NCBI RefSeq assembly: GCF_000018785.1
Contig: NC_010163.1
Location: 960,001 to 992,000, forward strand
Reading direction: 5' to 3'
DNA from: Acholeplasma laidlawii PG-8A
Lineage (GTDB): Bacteria; Bacillota_I; Bacilli_A; Acholeplasmatales; Acholeplasmataceae
Length of the DNA: 32,000 nucleotides
Shown here piece by piece: positions 8,781-19,830 of the stretch. Below the pieces are notes generated by a model. It searched no databases. It was not told the DNA's origin and saw nothing but the letters and a program-made list of their open reading frames with translations. Both the position numbers and the translations under genes were made by a program. The first letter of the stretch is position 1. The number at the start of each line of letters is the position of its first letter.

Positions 8781-9401
8781 TTATTTTATAACGTTAGAAA
8801 AAAGTTGTAGCGTTTTTTCAATCTCAACTAACTTTTCACCCTTAGCTTTTTTCGATAAATCTAAGTAATGGTTGTATTTATGCTTAAAATAAGCCTGTGC
8901 TTCCTTTTTTGTTTTAAGTTTAGGTCCTAGGTATATGTCTTCTTCAGTTAACGTCATACTACCTTTAACTACCTTTAAGAAGACGTAGTAAAAACCATCA
9001 AATATCACATACTCATCAACGATATTAAAGCCGTTATTGCTTAACCAAGTTCTAAGCACCTCAATTTTTTCATTGGCGCCTAGAATATAGGTTTTGTCCT
9101 CTAAGTGCATAACTTCTTTTAGTATATCGATAATTAAATGTGGACCCATACCAGTAATCACTGCAAGATTATAGTCTTTATCTACACTTTTAAATCCATC
9201 AGATAAATAAAACCTAACAGGATAACCTGCTAGATTTTTTTTTGCGTGATTAAGTGGACCCTTATTAATATCAGAGGCTACTGCATGTTTTATATATTTA
9301 TGGTCTAGAGCATACTTTAAGACAAGACCATGGTCACTACCTATATCTATAACAGTTTCATAACCTTTTGTAAGTTCACCTATAAATGCTATGCGATTCA
9401 T
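8781..9401 (-). CDS. trmK: tRNA (adenine(22)-N(1))-methyltransferase TrmK
   Basis: [32 protein letters not shown] and the conserved position next to rpoD/sigA. Confidence 0.85.
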   Translation of the reverse strand: MNRIAFIGELTKGYETVIDIGSDHGLVLKYALDHKYIKHAVASDINKGPLNHAKKNLAGYPVRFYLSDGFKSVDKDYNLAVITGMGPHLIIDILKEVMHLEDKTYILGANEKIEVLRTWLSNNGFNIVDEYVIFDGFYYVFLKVVKGSMTLTEEDIYLGPKLKTKKEAQAYFKHKYNHYLDLSKKAKGEKLVEIEKTLQLFSNVIK

Positions 9402-10657
9402 TTTCTTGTAATATAAAATTCTTTTAATTTATTTTGACGTTGAGGACTACGTAATTTTCTTAATGCTTTAGCTTCAATTTGACGGATACGTTCACGTGTA
9501 ACACCAAACTCACGCCCCACTTCTTCAAGTGTGTGTGTTTTACCATCTAATAGGCCATAACGTAATCTTAGGACCTTTTCTTCTCTGTCAGTTAATGTTT
9601 CTAAAACTTCATCTAAGGTTTTCTTAACCATTTCTTGCATCATATAATCATGTGGATTTAAAGCATTTGGATCGCTAATAAAATCCCCTAATGAAGAATC
9701 TTCTTCTTCACCAACTGGTGCTTCAAGTGAGATTGGTTCTTTTGCAATTCTTTGGATGTTTTGAACTTTTTCAGGAGTAATATCCATCTTTTCAGCGATT
9801 TCTTCAATCGTTGCATCTCGTCCTAATTCTTGAACTAATTGACGTTGAATACGAATCATTTTATTAATTGTTTCAACCATATGAACAGGAATACGGATTG
9901 TTCTTGCCTGATCGGCTACCGCTCTAGTAATCGCTTGGCGAATCCACCATGTTGCATATGTTGAAAATTTAAATCCTTTTTCATAATCAAATTTATCCAC
10001 AGCACGCATAAGACCCATATTACCTTCTTGAATAAGGTCTAGAAATAATAAACCACGTTGTGTATATTTTTTAGCAATACTTACAACTAAACGGTAGTTA
10101 GCTTCAACTAATTTTTCTTTAGCATAATGACCTTTTCTAATTGTATCTTCTAATGATTGCACATCTTCATCTGATAAATCTACTTCGCCATTTCTTACTG
10201 CCTCAAGTTGTTCTAAAGCTACACGACCTTGGTAAACCATGATTGCATATTTTCTTTCATCATCAATATTTAGTAATGGAATTTGACCAATTTCTTTTAA
10301 GTACATACGTACAGGATCATCTACTTTAATACTTGAAGGAATCGCGTCAATATTTAGAAGTTCTTCTTCTTCAACTTCTTCAACTTCTAAACTAGATAGT
10401 GAAAACTCATCTGGTTCATCTTCAACTTCTAACTCTACTTCAATGTCTTCATCATCAAAAAGGGGATTTTCTTGAACATCAACCTCTTCTTCTTCATCAT
10501 CCAGTAATACATCAATTTCTAGATCTGATAATTCTTTTTCTATTTCATAATATTCAGGGGAATTTAAATCAGCAAACTCAATTAAATCGGATTGAACTAA
10601 TGACTTTTTCTTACCTGCTTTTTTAACTAACTTCTTTATGATATCTTTTTGACTCAT
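9398..10657 (-). CDS. rpoD: Primary RNA polymerase sigma factor (RpoD/SigA)
   Basis: [30 protein letters not shown]-like block, [32 protein letters not shown], and region 4 [26 protein letters not shown]. Confidence 0.97.
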   Translation of the reverse strand: MSQKDIIKKLVKKAGKKKSLVQSDLIEFADLNSPEYYEIEKELSDLEIDVLLDDEEEEVDVQENPLFDDEDIEVELEVEDEPDEFSLSSLEVEEVEEEELLNIDAIPSSIKVDDPVRMYLKEIGQIPLLNIDDERKYAIMVYQGRVALEQLEAVRNGEVDLSDEDVQSLEDTIRKGHYAKEKLVEANYRLVVSIAKKYTQRGLLFLDLIQEGNMGLMRAVDKFDYEKGFKFSTYATWWIRQAITRAVADQARTIRIPVHMVETINKMIRIQRQLVQELGRDATIEEIAEKMDITPEKVQNIQRIAKEPISLEAPVGEEEDSSLGDFISDPNALNPHDYMMQEMVKKTLDEVLETLTDREEKVLRLRYGLLDGKTHTLEEVGREFGVTRERIRQIEAKALRKLRSPQRQNKLKEFYITRK

Positions 10658-12381
10658 TTTATTTTTACCTGCTTTCTGAGTTCATCAATCGCCTTTAAGG
10701 TGCGATTCATTTCAAGATGGTCCGTTATGGACTCTGTTTTCTTTATTAAGGATTGTATTTCTAATTGTTTCTTATAATTTTGAAAATGTACTAATATATC
10801 ATTGAGTGTTTTATCATTTTGAATTAATAAGTTTTTACAATAGTCTGTTGATTTACAATATGTTTCAACTAATTCTATTTCTTTAGTATATCCCATTTTA
10901 AATGCTTCAAGGTTTAATGCATCATCCGAATTAATCTCATAATAATTCATTAAATCTTTATAAAGTTCACGTTTTTTAGGGTCTGTAATATCTGTTAATA
11001 AAATACTATGTCTAATCTTATCTAGATATTTACGCTGTTTAAGTAAATCCATAATGATGATATCAATAGAACGTTCAGCACGACTTATGACTTTCCTATC
11101 AATAGGTTTTTGTTTGACTGGAAGTGATGAACTATGTTCATTAATAAGTAGTTGTATGCCTAACTCATCAAATGATCTTCTCTCGTATAAATCAATGATG
11201 GTCGGATCACTTCCAACTAATAACTGCTTCATTTCTTGCTTAAACTTTGTAATATCATCTGACTTTTTAAAGTCTTTATCTTTTTGATAGTATATATATC
11301 CAAATTGGACTGGGTCAAGAAGTTTGTTAAAGAGTGCTTGATATTTATCTACACCATGTTTTAAAACAAAATCATCCGGATCCATTTTATTTGGTAAATT
11401 TAATATGGAAATACTTAGTCCCTGACGTTTTAAAATAGGTATTGCATGAAGGGTAGCTTGTATACCAGGGTTATCTCCGTCATATGCAATCACTACATGA
11501 TCTGTAATACGTCTAATCAATTTTGCTTGATCACTTGTAATTGCAGTTCCCATAGTTGCAACACTTGCTTCAAAACCTGCCTTATAGGATGCAAAAACGT
11601 CGAAGAAACCTTCATGTAGAATCACATGTTTTTGCTTAACTACTGGTCTAATACTTTCAAAATAGTGATAGAGTGTTAACCCTTTTTTAAAGATTGGTGT
11701 TTCAGTTGAGTTAATGTATTTAGCTTTCTCATTTTTATTTAAAGTTCTTCCTGAAAAGGCAATAATCTGACCATGTTCATCTTTAATCGGAAAAGTGATA
11801 CGATTTCTAAATACATCGTAATAGTGACCTTCTTCATTTTGTTTAACTAAACCTAAACTCATCATGTCACTAACACTATGATTTTTAGATCTTAGCATTT
11901 TATATAAACTATCTATTTGATCTGGTGCATAACCCACTTCAAAGTGATGAATTAACTCATCACTTAACTGTCTATTTGTTAAATAGTCATAGGCTAATTT
12001 ACCGGATTCAGAGTTCTTAAGCGCAAACTGATAAAAACTAGCTGCATCATTCATGACATCATGTAGATGTTTAAAAGGATTATTTTGAACTTTAGTTTGA
12101 CCAAATTCAATACCCAGTTCTTGGGCTAATTCCTTTGCTGCATCTGCATTACTAATGTTTTTAATTTGAGCTAAGAAAGTTATCGGTGCACCACCTTTTT
12201 TACAGCCAAAACAAAATGCTATATTCTTTTCTGGTGTTACAGAAAATGATGGTGTTTTTTCATCATGAAAAGGACATAGTCCCATGTAGTTTTTACCACG
12301 TTTGGTTAAGTCTACATATTTGGAGACTAATGCAACGATATCTGTTTGTTCATTAATTTTTTGATAGATATTATCTTGCAT
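10654..12381 (-). CDS. dnaG: DNA primase
   Basis: [25 protein letters not shown] zinc finger, [38 protein letters not shown] motifs. Confidence 0.95.
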   Translation of the reverse strand: MQDNIYQKINEQTDIVALVSKYVDLTKRGKNYMGLCPFHDEKTPSFSVTPEKNIAFCFGCKKGGAPITFLAQIKNISNADAAKELAQELGIEFGQTKVQNNPFKHLHDVMNDAASFYQFALKNSESGKLAYDYLTNRQLSDELIHHFEVGYAPDQIDSLYKMLRSKNHSVSDMMSLGLVKQNEEGHYYDVFRNRITFPIKDEHGQIIAFSGRTLNKNEKAKYINSTETPIFKKGLTLYHYFESIRPVVKQKHVILHEGFFDVFASYKAGFEASVATMGTAITSDQAKLIRRITDHVVIAYDGDNPGIQATLHAIPILKRQGLSISILNLPNKMDPDDFVLKHGVDKYQALFNKLLDPVQFGYIYYQKDKDFKKSDDITKFKQEMKQLLVGSDPTIIDLYERRSFDELGIQLLINEHSSSLPVKQKPIDRKVISRAERSIDIIIMDLLKQRKYLDKIRHSILLTDITDPKKRELYKDLMNYYEINSDDALNLEAFKMGYTKEIELVETYCKSTDYCKNLLIQNDKTLNDILVHFQNYKKQLEIQSLIKKTESITDHLEMNRTLKAIDELRKQVKIK

Positions 12382-12406
12382 ATGGATGTCCTTTCAGATG
12401 AATAGA

Positions 12407-13777
12407 TTAAAATTTAGTTGCTTGTTGAATAAATTGTTCGATGTCTTTAATTGCAATACGAGATTGCTCCATAGAATCACGGTGTCTAATAGTTACTGTA
12501 TCATCATCCATTGTTTGATGATCAACTGTAATACAAAATGGCGTTCCAATCGCGTCTTGACGACGATATCTTTTACCAATATTTTGTGTTTCATCGTAAA
12601 CAACATCTAGGTTTTCACTTAACATTTCATGAATTTCTCTAGCTTTTTGACTATGTTCTTTACGTACAAGTGGTAAGATAGCAGCTTTATATGGTGCAAG
12701 TTTTGGATGTAGTTTTAAGACTTGTCTTACATCACCATTTTCTAAAGTTTCTTCTTCTAAACCATTTAATAAGAATACTAATAATAGTCTTTCAACACCA
12801 ACGGATGGTTCTACGACATAAGGAATGTATCTTTCATTGGTTTCAGGATCTAGATAAGACATATCTTCCTTACTTAAGTCTTGATGACTCTTAAGGTCAA
12901 AGTTTGTACGACTTGCAATACCCCAAAGTTCATCAAAACCCCACGGATATTTAAATTCGATATCTGTTGTAGCATTTGAATAGTGACTTAGTGCTTCCTT
13001 AGCATGTGGTTCAGCACGCAAACTTTCTTCTTTTACACCAAGGGATGTTAAGAATTTAAGCATTCTGTCTAACCAGTAATCAAACCACTGGATTTCAGTA
13101 CCTGGTTTACAGAAAAACTCTAATTCCATTTGTTCAAATTCTCTCGTTCTAAATGTGAAGTTACCTGGTGTAATTTCATTTCTAAAACTCTTACCAATTT
13201 GAGCAACACCAAATGGCACTTTAAGACGTTGTGCACGTTGGATATTTTTAAAGTTAATAAAGATACCTTGAGCTGTTTCTGGACGAAGATACACTTCATT
13301 TGCAGTTTCTTCTACAACCCCTTGGAAAGTTTTAAACATCATATTAAACTTTCTAATTGGTAACCAATCACTTGTTTTAGACACTGGGTCTTTGATTTTA
13401 TGATCCATAATATATTGATACATCTTCTCATCACTCCAGCCATCTGGATTTTGAGTCGGATCGTGCTCTAAAATTAATTTGTCAGCACGGTATCTTTGAT
13501 TAGATGTTTTATTTTCAATTAATGGGTCTGAAAAACCACTTAAGTGACCACTAGCTTGCCATACTAATGGGTTTAATAGAATTGAAGAATCTAGTTGAAC
13601 CACATTAGGCGCTTGACGAATAAACTTTTGCGTCCAAGCTTCTTTAATATTTTTCTTTAATAATGAACCTAGAGGACCGTAATCCCAAGTATTTGCAAGC
13701 CCACCATAGATTTCAGAGCCTTGAAAGATGTAACCTGTTTGTTTTGCGTATTGTACTAAATACTCTAATGTAACCAT
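12407..13777 (-). CDS. glyQS: Glycyl-tRNA synthetase, single-chain alpha2 type
   Basis: [67 protein letters not shown]. Confidence 0.95.
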   Translation of the reverse strand: [456 protein letters not shown]

Positions 13778-13789
13778 ATGACATACTCC

Positions 13790-14437
13790 TTATTTGCGCG
13801 TTAATTTGTGATCTGTATGGTATTCATAATACGCATACATAAATTCTTTTAATTCTCTATAATTTATTTCATCAATTGTATCTATTTTATCATAATCCAG
13901 ATAAGTCAATCGAACTAATAATGTTGTTTGATGTACATCAATATTTGCAACATACGGTTCTTTTTCATAAACAATTGAAGCTGTTTTAATGTTGACACCT
14001 TTGACTCTTCTACCATCAGGTTTTAACGATATTTGATACCCTAAATACCTAAGTAGTTTAAATCCAAAAGAAAGTATTGATTCTTTTGAATAATGTAACA
14101 AAGCACCTTCTAGTAATGTATAAATTGATTCATGATCATCATTGTCCGACACAAACCCTAATAAATCAAATAAGATGCTTGCTTGAGTCATGAGATCAAA
14201 ATCTGATTTGATGTTTTGAAAATCATTTAAGGTTTTACCTTCAACGAGTGCATACATGTTTTTATTGGGTACTTCTTTAAAATAAATAAGATTTAAATAC
14301 TGTGCAACATTACGTATGTTTGAAGTCATTTTTTGACTTCCTTTTGCTACTAATGTTATACGTCCAAGTTTCGTATATACAAATAATAACCTGTCATTTT
14401 CTAAATAACTTTGTTGTTTGTATACGATGCCTTCCAT
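13790..14437 (-). CDS. recO: DNA repair protein RecO
   Basis: MEGIVYKQQSYLENDRLLFVYTKLGRITLVAKGSQK OB-fold N-terminus and location between glyQS and era. Confidence 0.85.
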   Translation of the reverse strand: MEGIVYKQQSYLENDRLLFVYTKLGRITLVAKGSQKMTSNIRNVAQYLNLIYFKEVPNKNMYALVEGKTLNDFQNIKSDFDLMTQASILFDLLGFVSDNDDHESIYTLLEGALLHYSKESILSFGFKLLRYLGYQISLKPDGRRVKGVNIKTASIVYEKEPYVANIDVHQTTLLVRLTYLDYDKIDTIDEINYRELKEFMYAYYEYHTDHKLTRK

Positions 14438-14439
14438 AC

Positions 14440-15327
14440 TTATTTACCATAACCATAACGTGATACAGTAGTTGGGTCATTACGCCAATCTTTTTTTACC
14501 TTAACCCATAAAGAAAGATGTATCTTCATGTCGAAGATCTTATTGATTTCTTTTCTAGCTTCTGTACCAATACGTTTTAATTTTTCACCATTTTTACCGA
14601 TTAATATCCCTTTTTGACTATCACGTTCTACAATGATTAAAGCATCAATATCCATCGTGTTAAGTTCTTCATTAAACTTAAATGATTCAAGCATAACAGC
14701 AACACTATGCGGTACTTCTTGTTCCGTATAGTATAAGATACGTTCTCTTATGATTTCTGTCATACGAGATTCATCAGTTTGGTCTGTGACATAATCATCT
14801 GGATAGTAATGCGGACCTTCAACTAAATACTCAACTAATGTTTCTTTAAGTTGTGTTAAATGTGTTTGGTCTTTAGCTGAAATAGGTACGATATGTTTAA
14901 ATTCATGCACTTTTAAGAATGAAATGATAATTTTATCAATCTCTGCCTTATTTTCTAATGTATCAATCTTATTGATGACTAAGATAACAGGTAAATGACT
15001 ATGTTTAATACGCTCTAGAATAATTTCATCAGTTCTTCTATACGTTTGATCTACAACCCACATAATGGCATCTGCATCCATTAATGCATCTGTTGCAGAC
15101 TTATCCATAGATTTACCTAAACCGTGATAAGGTTTATGCATACCTGGTGTATCAATAAAAACAAATTGATTTTCACCCTCATTTAAAATACCTGTGATTC
15201 TAAAACGTGTCGTTTGAACCTTAGGTGATGTAATAGCTATTTTTTCACCGATAAGTGCGTTGATTAATGTTGATTTACCTACATTAGGTTTGCCTATAAT
15301 GGCAATAAATCCTGATTTTGATGCCAT
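14440..15327 (-). CDS. era: GTPase Era
   Basis: GKPNVGKSTLINALIGEKIAITSPKVQTTR, DTPGMH, NKID, and C-terminal KH domain. Confidence 0.96.
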   Translation of the reverse strand: MASKSGFIAIIGKPNVGKSTLINALIGEKIAITSPKVQTTRFRITGILNEGENQFVFIDTPGMHKPYHGLGKSMDKSATDALMDADAIMWVVDQTYRRTDEIILERIKHSHLPVILVINKIDTLENKAEIDKIIISFLKVHEFKHIVPISAKDQTHLTQLKETLVEYLVEGPHYYPDDYVTDQTDESRMTEIIRERILYYTEQEVPHSVAVMLESFKFNEELNTMDIDALIIVERDSQKGILIGKNGEKLKRIGTEARKEINKIFDMKIHLSLWVKVKKDWRNDPTTVSRYGYGK

Positions 15328-15719
15328 TAGACGCGGTCTTTATCTAAATCAAACCCGAAAGGTAATAATTCATTTACTGATGTTTCATAAATTTCGTCTT
15401 CTAAGTTTGCTAAATAGATTTTTGTATTTTTAGGAATAAGTTCACTCATGACTTGTCTGCATGCGCCACAAGGTGAGATTGGTCCTTTAGATCCACCAAT
15501 AATTGTAATTTCTTTAATTTCTTTTGGGTCATAACCTTGTGAGATTAATGAAAATAATGCATTTCTTTCAGCACAGGAAGTTAATCCGAAACTACTGTTT
15601 TCAATATTTGCTCCGTGGATGATTGTGCCATCGTTTAATACGATTGCTGCACCAACTTTAAATCTTGAGTATGGTACATAGGCTTTAAGTCTAGCTTGTT
15701 TTGCGGCTTCTAAATTCAT
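15327..15719 (-). CDS. cdd: Cytidine deaminase
   Basis: YSRFKVGAAI, NIENSSFGLTSCAERNAL, SPCGACRQVMSE. Confidence 0.95.
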   Translation of the reverse strand: MNLEAAKQARLKAYVPYSRFKVGAAIVLNDGTIIHGANIENSSFGLTSCAERNALFSLISQGYDPKEIKEITIIGGSKGPISPCGACRQVMSELIPKNTKIYLANLEDEIYETSVNELLPFGFDLDKDRV

Positions 15720-15741
15720 AAATGGGCCTTCTTTCTATTAT

Positions 15742-16164
15742 TTATCTTTTTAAATTTGCTTTGTTTAGTATTTCTTCTTGAAGTGTGAACATTTCTTTTT
15801 CTTCTGCTTCGGTATGATGATCATACCCAAGTAGATGTAGATAACCATGAACTGCTAAAAATCCAATTTCACGTTCTAATGTGTGACCATAGTCAAGCGC
15901 TTGAATTTTAGCTTGATCAATACTTATGAAGATATCTCCTAATGAGTCATCTTTTTCATCATCATTTGGAAATGAAATAACATCGGTTGGTTTATCGATG
16001 TTTCTATACATTTTATTGATATCTCTAATTTGATCGTTATCAACAAAAATTACTTGCATAGATTTTTCTTCTTTGATGTCTTTAAAAACAGTTTCTAATA
16101 TAACTTCAAATTGTGTTGTTTCTTCTTTATATTGGTTAAAATAATTAACTTCCATTTTGTTCAT
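15742..16164 (-). CDS. ybeY: Endoribonuclease YbeY
   Basis: [13 protein letters not shown] and [11 protein letters not shown] signature. Confidence 0.95.
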   Translation of the reverse strand: MNKMEVNYFNQYKEETTQFEVILETVFKDIKEEKSMQVIFVDNDQIRDINKMYRNIDKPTDVISFPNDDEKDDSLGDIFISIDQAKIQALDYGHTLEREIGFLAVHGYLHLLGYDHHTEAEEKEMFTLQEEILNKANLKR

Positions 16165-17098
16165 ATCTTTCTAGTATTTTTTGTACTAATGGGTGACGTA
16201 TGACGTCAACCTTTTCAAATTGAATGATTTTTGCATCATCAATATCACTTAGTATTTCTAATGCTTGTTTAAGCCCTGATTTATTTCTATACCCCAAATC
16301 GACTTGCGATGGATCTCCTGTTACTACCATATAACTTGAAAACCCTAATCTTGTTAGAAACATTTTCATTTGAGTTTCTGTAGTGTTTTGCGCCTCATCT
16401 AGTATCACAAATGCATTTTCAAGTGTACGCCCTCGCATATATGCAAGTGGTGCAACTTCAATGATACCTCGCTCCATTAAGCTGTTCGTCGTTGCAATCC
16501 CTAAAAAATCGTATAAAGCATCATATAATGGTATTAAATAAGGATCTACCTTTTCTTTTAAATCACCTGGTAAAAACCCAAGAGATTCACCTGCTTCAAC
16601 TGCTGGTCTTGTTAATACTAACTTTTTAACTAAACCTTTTTTGAGTGCAGCAACCGCATGAGCAACTGCTAAATACGTTTTACCAGTACCAGCAGGTCCT
16701 ACTCCAAATACCAAAGGATATTTCATAAGTGCATCACTATAAGCTCTTTGGTTAAATGTTTTAGGAACTATGGACTTACCTTGATCAGAAATCAATATTT
16801 TCTTTTGAGATTTATAAAGATCTAAGATGTTTTCTAATCTGTCTTGCTCAGCCATCTTAATAATATATAAGACATCTCTTTCAGTTAAGATGATTTTATG
16901 CTCAGCAAGTAAAATAAGCGTTCTAAATATATTTTCTAATAATACACGGTCAGACTCTTTTGCGTCTACGACAATTTGACCATCATGTATCGATACATCG
17001 AAACCATAATGAGATTTGAAAACTTTTAAGTTTTTATCTTCAATTCCAACTAAAAGTTGTAGTGTTTCAACGTGATGGACATTCAGGTTTAATTTCAT
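16145..17098 (-). CDS. phoH: PhoH-like ATPase
   Basis: [57 protein letters not shown]. Confidence 0.93.
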   Translation of the reverse strand: MKLNLNVHHVETLQLLVGIEDKNLKVFKSHYGFDVSIHDGQIVVDAKESDRVLLENIFRTLILLAEHKIILTERDVLYIIKMAEQDRLENILDLYKSQKKILISDQGKSIVPKTFNQRAYSDALMKYPLVFGVGPAGTGKTYLAVAHAVAALKKGLVKKLVLTRPAVEAGESLGFLPGDLKEKVDPYLIPLYDALYDFLGIATTNSLMERGIIEVAPLAYMRGRTLENAFVILDEAQNTTETQMKMFLTRLGFSSYMVVTGDPSQVDLGYRNKSGLKQALEILSDIDDAKIIQFEKVDVIRHPLVQKILERYEQNGS

Positions 17099-17248
17099 GC
17101 ATAATCCTCCATTTTTGTCTATATATATTTTACCTTAAATGCGCATAAATTGCACTTACAAGTAGCCAAATACTACAAAAAACATCTCTTTTAAGTTAAA
17201 TATACATAAATTTATAGTGAATTACCCTTAATTGGGTCCAGGGGTCAA

Positions 17249-17275
17249 AAAAACACCTTGATTTAAGGTGTTTTT
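17249..17275 (-). terminator. Intrinsic terminator downstream of rpsU
   Basis: Perfect 11-bp stem AAAAACACCTT / AAGGTGTTTTT with loop GATTT. Confidence 0.8.
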
Positions 17276-17289
17276 AAAGGAATTTTAGC

Positions 17290-17469
17290 TTATCTTTTTT
17301 TCTTCTTTGTTTTAGCTGCTTTAGCTTTCATACGACGATCAACGCCTGGTTTAATATAATATTCGCGTTTACGAGCCTCTACGAGAGTTCCATCTTTACT
17401 TACGGTGCGCTTAAAACGACGTAGTGTATCTTCTATCGTCTCACCTTTACGTACTTCTGTTTTAGACAT
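17290..17469 (-). CDS. rpsU: 30S ribosomal protein S21
   Basis: Manual translation: [59 protein letters not shown], with an upstream GGGAGG-like RBS. Missing from the supplied track. Confidence 0.95.
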   Translation of the reverse strand: MSKTEVRKGETIEDTLRRFKRTVSKDGTLVEARKREYYIKPGVDRRMKAKAAKTKKKKR

Positions 17470-17549
17470 AATCTGCCCTCCTCCCGTTATGTTTGATTCA
17501 TCAAACCTTTATTATTATAATGCATTTTTCTATAGATGTCAAAAGGTTT

Positions 17550-18233
17550 TTAAATTTTTGTTAATAAACATGCATTTAGTATTGGAATGTGTGCTAATTC
17601 AGTAGGTAAAATGGATTGTCCTAAACTTACAGTGATTGCTCCACGCTCAACTAATGCGTTTCTTTCTGTTTCATCAATTCCACCTTCAGGACCAACAATG
17701 ACAATTAAGTCTTTATTACCATGATCTTTGATGAAATCCTTTATATTATAAACTCTTTCTAATTCATCTAGTAAAACAAGTTGTTTACCATCAGTGTTTA
17801 TATCTTTTAAATTTTCAAGTAATTGAATATGAGGTAAGGTACTTCTTTTGGATAGTTCTGCTGCCTCTTTTGCAATCTTATTTAATCTTGATAATTTGTG
17901 ATCAACGTTAGATAGTTTGGCAATACTTCTTTTCATAGCAACAAATATAATCGACTTTGCTTGAAAGAGTGTCGCATACTTTGTAACAGTATCCATCTTA
18001 TCACCTTTAGGTAGACCTTGAACAATAGTTACGTTAAGTGGTGGGTTATCATCTAATTTTTCTGTTGTTAAAAAACCCACTTCTTTATGTTGAATTTCTA
18101 GGGTAGCTAAGTAACATCCTGATATCCCACAAACCTCAACTACCGTACCAGACTTAAAACGCATCACGTTTAATATATGATGCACATCGTCTTTATCTAT
18201 TTTATTTTTATGATCTAAAAAATATCTTTGCAT
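17550..18233 (-). CDS. rsmE: 16S rRNA (uracil(1498)-N(3))-methyltransferase RsmE
   Basis: HHILNVMRFKSG, VVIVGPEGGIDETE, VSLGQSILPTELA. Confidence 0.93.
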   Translation of the reverse strand: MQRYFLDHKNKIDKDDVHHILNVMRFKSGTVVEVCGISGCYLATLEIQHKEVGFLTTEKLDDNPPLNVTIVQGLPKGDKMDTVTKYATLFQAKSIIFVAMKRSIAKLSNVDHKLSRLNKIAKEAAELSKRSTLPHIQLLENLKDINTDGKQLVLLDELERVYNIKDFIKDHGNKDLIVIVGPEGGIDETERNALVERGAITVSLGQSILPTELAHIPILNACLLTKI

Positions 18234-18255
18234 AATCTACCTTCTTAAATAAAAA

Positions 18256-18279
18256 TAGGTATTCCATTTGGAATACCTA
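18256..18279 (-). terminator. Intrinsic terminator downstream of secG
   Basis: Perfect 10-bp stem TAGGTATTCC / GGAATACCTA with loop ATTT, followed on the minus strand by TTTTTATTT. Confidence 0.75.
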
Positions 18280-18287
18280 ATTTATAA

Positions 18288-18524
18288 TTACATAAAGAAT
18301 CTATCGATATTGTTACTCCAAAGAATCATAGCAAAAAATAATATACTTATAATTAACATTGCTCTATTGAAGAACACATCAGGACCTTGTACTTTTTTAT
18401 TTCTGAATAATTCAGAATTATTACCTGTAAAAGCACTCATTACATCGTCTTTTGAACTTTGTAGTGCAGATATACCAATCATTAGTATACTTGCTATAAA
18501 TATTACCCAGTCTGGAAATTGCAT
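18288..18524 (-). CDS. secG: Preprotein translocase subunit SecG
   Basis: 78 aa, two TMs, with LQSSKDDVMSAFTGNNSELFRNKKVQGPDVFFNRAMLIISILFF. Confidence 0.85.
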   Translation of the reverse strand: MQFPDWVIFIASILMIGISALQSSKDDVMSAFTGNNSELFRNKKVQGPDVFFNRAMLIISILFFAMILWSNNIDRFFM

Positions 18525-18630
18525 ATTACATACTCCTTTTAATAAACCCTAACTATTATAACAAACTTAGAGCGCATATGTCAATAAGCTTTTGTCCTAT
18601 AATTATAACACATTTCATACAAAAACAAAC

Positions 18631-19830
18631 TTATTTATTAAATATTTGTTCAATATCTTCTATCATCTTTAGCGTAGATTCTACACCACCCGGTAAGATA
18701 TACCAACTGATTGGATCTAATACATAAATATCACTGTTTTTACCTGCAGTTGTATTTTTTATGAGTGCATTATTCATGATTTGATCAAGTGCACCAGTTG
18801 AACCAATTGCAGCAGATCTATCCATTAAGAATATAATTTGAGGATTTACTTCTGAAACATATTCAAAACTTACTACATTACCATGTGTTTCAAGTGTTTG
18901 TAAGCCTGGATCACTTGGCATAAATTTAAATTCATTATATATAACACCATATCTTGAACCAGCACCAAATACAGATATTTGGTCTCCATTCACTTGTAAA
19001 AATAATGCATTTTGTCCATTGACTTTAGATTGTAGAGCACTTAACTTAGCATCAATTAAGTTTTGTTTGTTTGTAAGTTCTTCACTAATATTTGGAAAAA
19101 CTAGTTTAAGTGTATCCATCACTTCATTTAGTTTTCCAAAACTAAATGTTGAATTGGATACATCGATGATATCTGTATTAGGATACTTTTGTTTAAGTGA
19201 TGTATAAAGATTAGCACTTCTTCCACCAAGTATAATCAAGTCAGGCATCATAAGATCTAAAGTATCATAATTAGGTTCAAATAATGTACCAGTATTTGGA
19301 TATTTATTAGATTCAAATGCGCTAATCGATGCTGGTAAGTTAGATTTCGGTAAACCAAAGAATGTAATACCGGTCTTATCAAATCCTACAGATTGAAAAA
19401 TATCTACAACTTCTAATGCAAATGTTACAACCACTTTGGGATTGACATTCACTTTAGATAAAGTGACTTGTTTTTCATAAACCGGTTCATTTGAACTATT
19501 AAAACCTACTTGAATAGAGACTGTTTGTGTGATTGTAGTTAACCACTTAGCATAAAGTTTTGTGTCTTTTTTTACTGTATGTGTGTCAAAGTTCCACGGT
19601 TTGGTATATCTTGAATCTTCATACCATCCATCAAACTCATAATCTAAGTAGGTAGGCGCATCAGGTGCTTCTAGTTTACTACCGTATGCTACTTCATAGG
19701 TTTCAATAGGTGTATCTCCACTATCGATAAACTCAATTGTTTTGATACCACTGCCCCCAGATAAGGGGTTACAAGCTGTAAGTATCGTAATCATTACAAT
19801 AAGTAATGTGTTAATTATTAGTTTTTTCAT
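18631..19830 (-). CDS. Iron-siderophore-type ABC substrate-binding lipoprotein with an N-terminal InlB B-repeat (Flg_new-like) module
   Basis: Lipobox ILTAC; IEFIDSGDTPIETYEVAYGSKLEAPDAPTYLDYEFDGWYEDSRYTKPWNFDTHTVKKDTKLYAKW; then a periplasmic-binding-like domain (PDLIILGGR, IYVLDPISWYILPGG). Confidence 0.88.
   Translation of the reverse strand: MKKLIINTLLIVMITILTACNPLSGGSGIKTIEFIDSGDTPIETYEVAYGSKLEAPDAPTYLDYEFDGWYEDSRYTKPWNFDTHTVKKDTKLYAKWLTTITQTVSIQVGFNSSNEPVYEKQVTLSKVNVNPKVVVTFALEVVDIFQSVGFDKTGITFFGLPKSNLPASISAFESNKYPNTGTLFEPNYDTLDLMMPDLIILGGRSANLYTSLKQKYPNTDIIDVSNSTFSFGKLNEVMDTLKLVFPNISEELTNKQNLIDAKLSALQSKVNGQNALFLQVNGDQISVFGAGSRYGVIYNEFKFMPSDPGLQTLETHGNVVSFEYVSEVNPQIIFLMDRSAAIGSTGALDQIMNNALIKNTTAGKNSDIYVLDPISWYILPGGVESTLKMIEDIEQIFNK

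Noticed and set aside
10399-10626. Plus-strand 75 aa ORF inside rpoD
   Set aside because: Antisense to the acidic N-terminal region of RpoD; the Leu/His-rich composition is a by-product of GAA/GAT-rich codons on the other strand.
11054-13363. Plus-strand ORFs 11054-11287, 12386-12610, 12691-12894 and 13130-13363
   Set aside because: They lie antisense to strongly supported dnaG and glyQS, are short and low complexity, and resemble no family.
17405-17605. Plus-strand 66 aa ORF
   Set aside because: Overlaps rpsU and the start of the intergenic region in antisense; rpsU is the convincing gene.
18268-18552. Plus-strand 94 aa ORF
   Set aside because: Antisense to secG, which has a recognisable family pattern and its own terminator.
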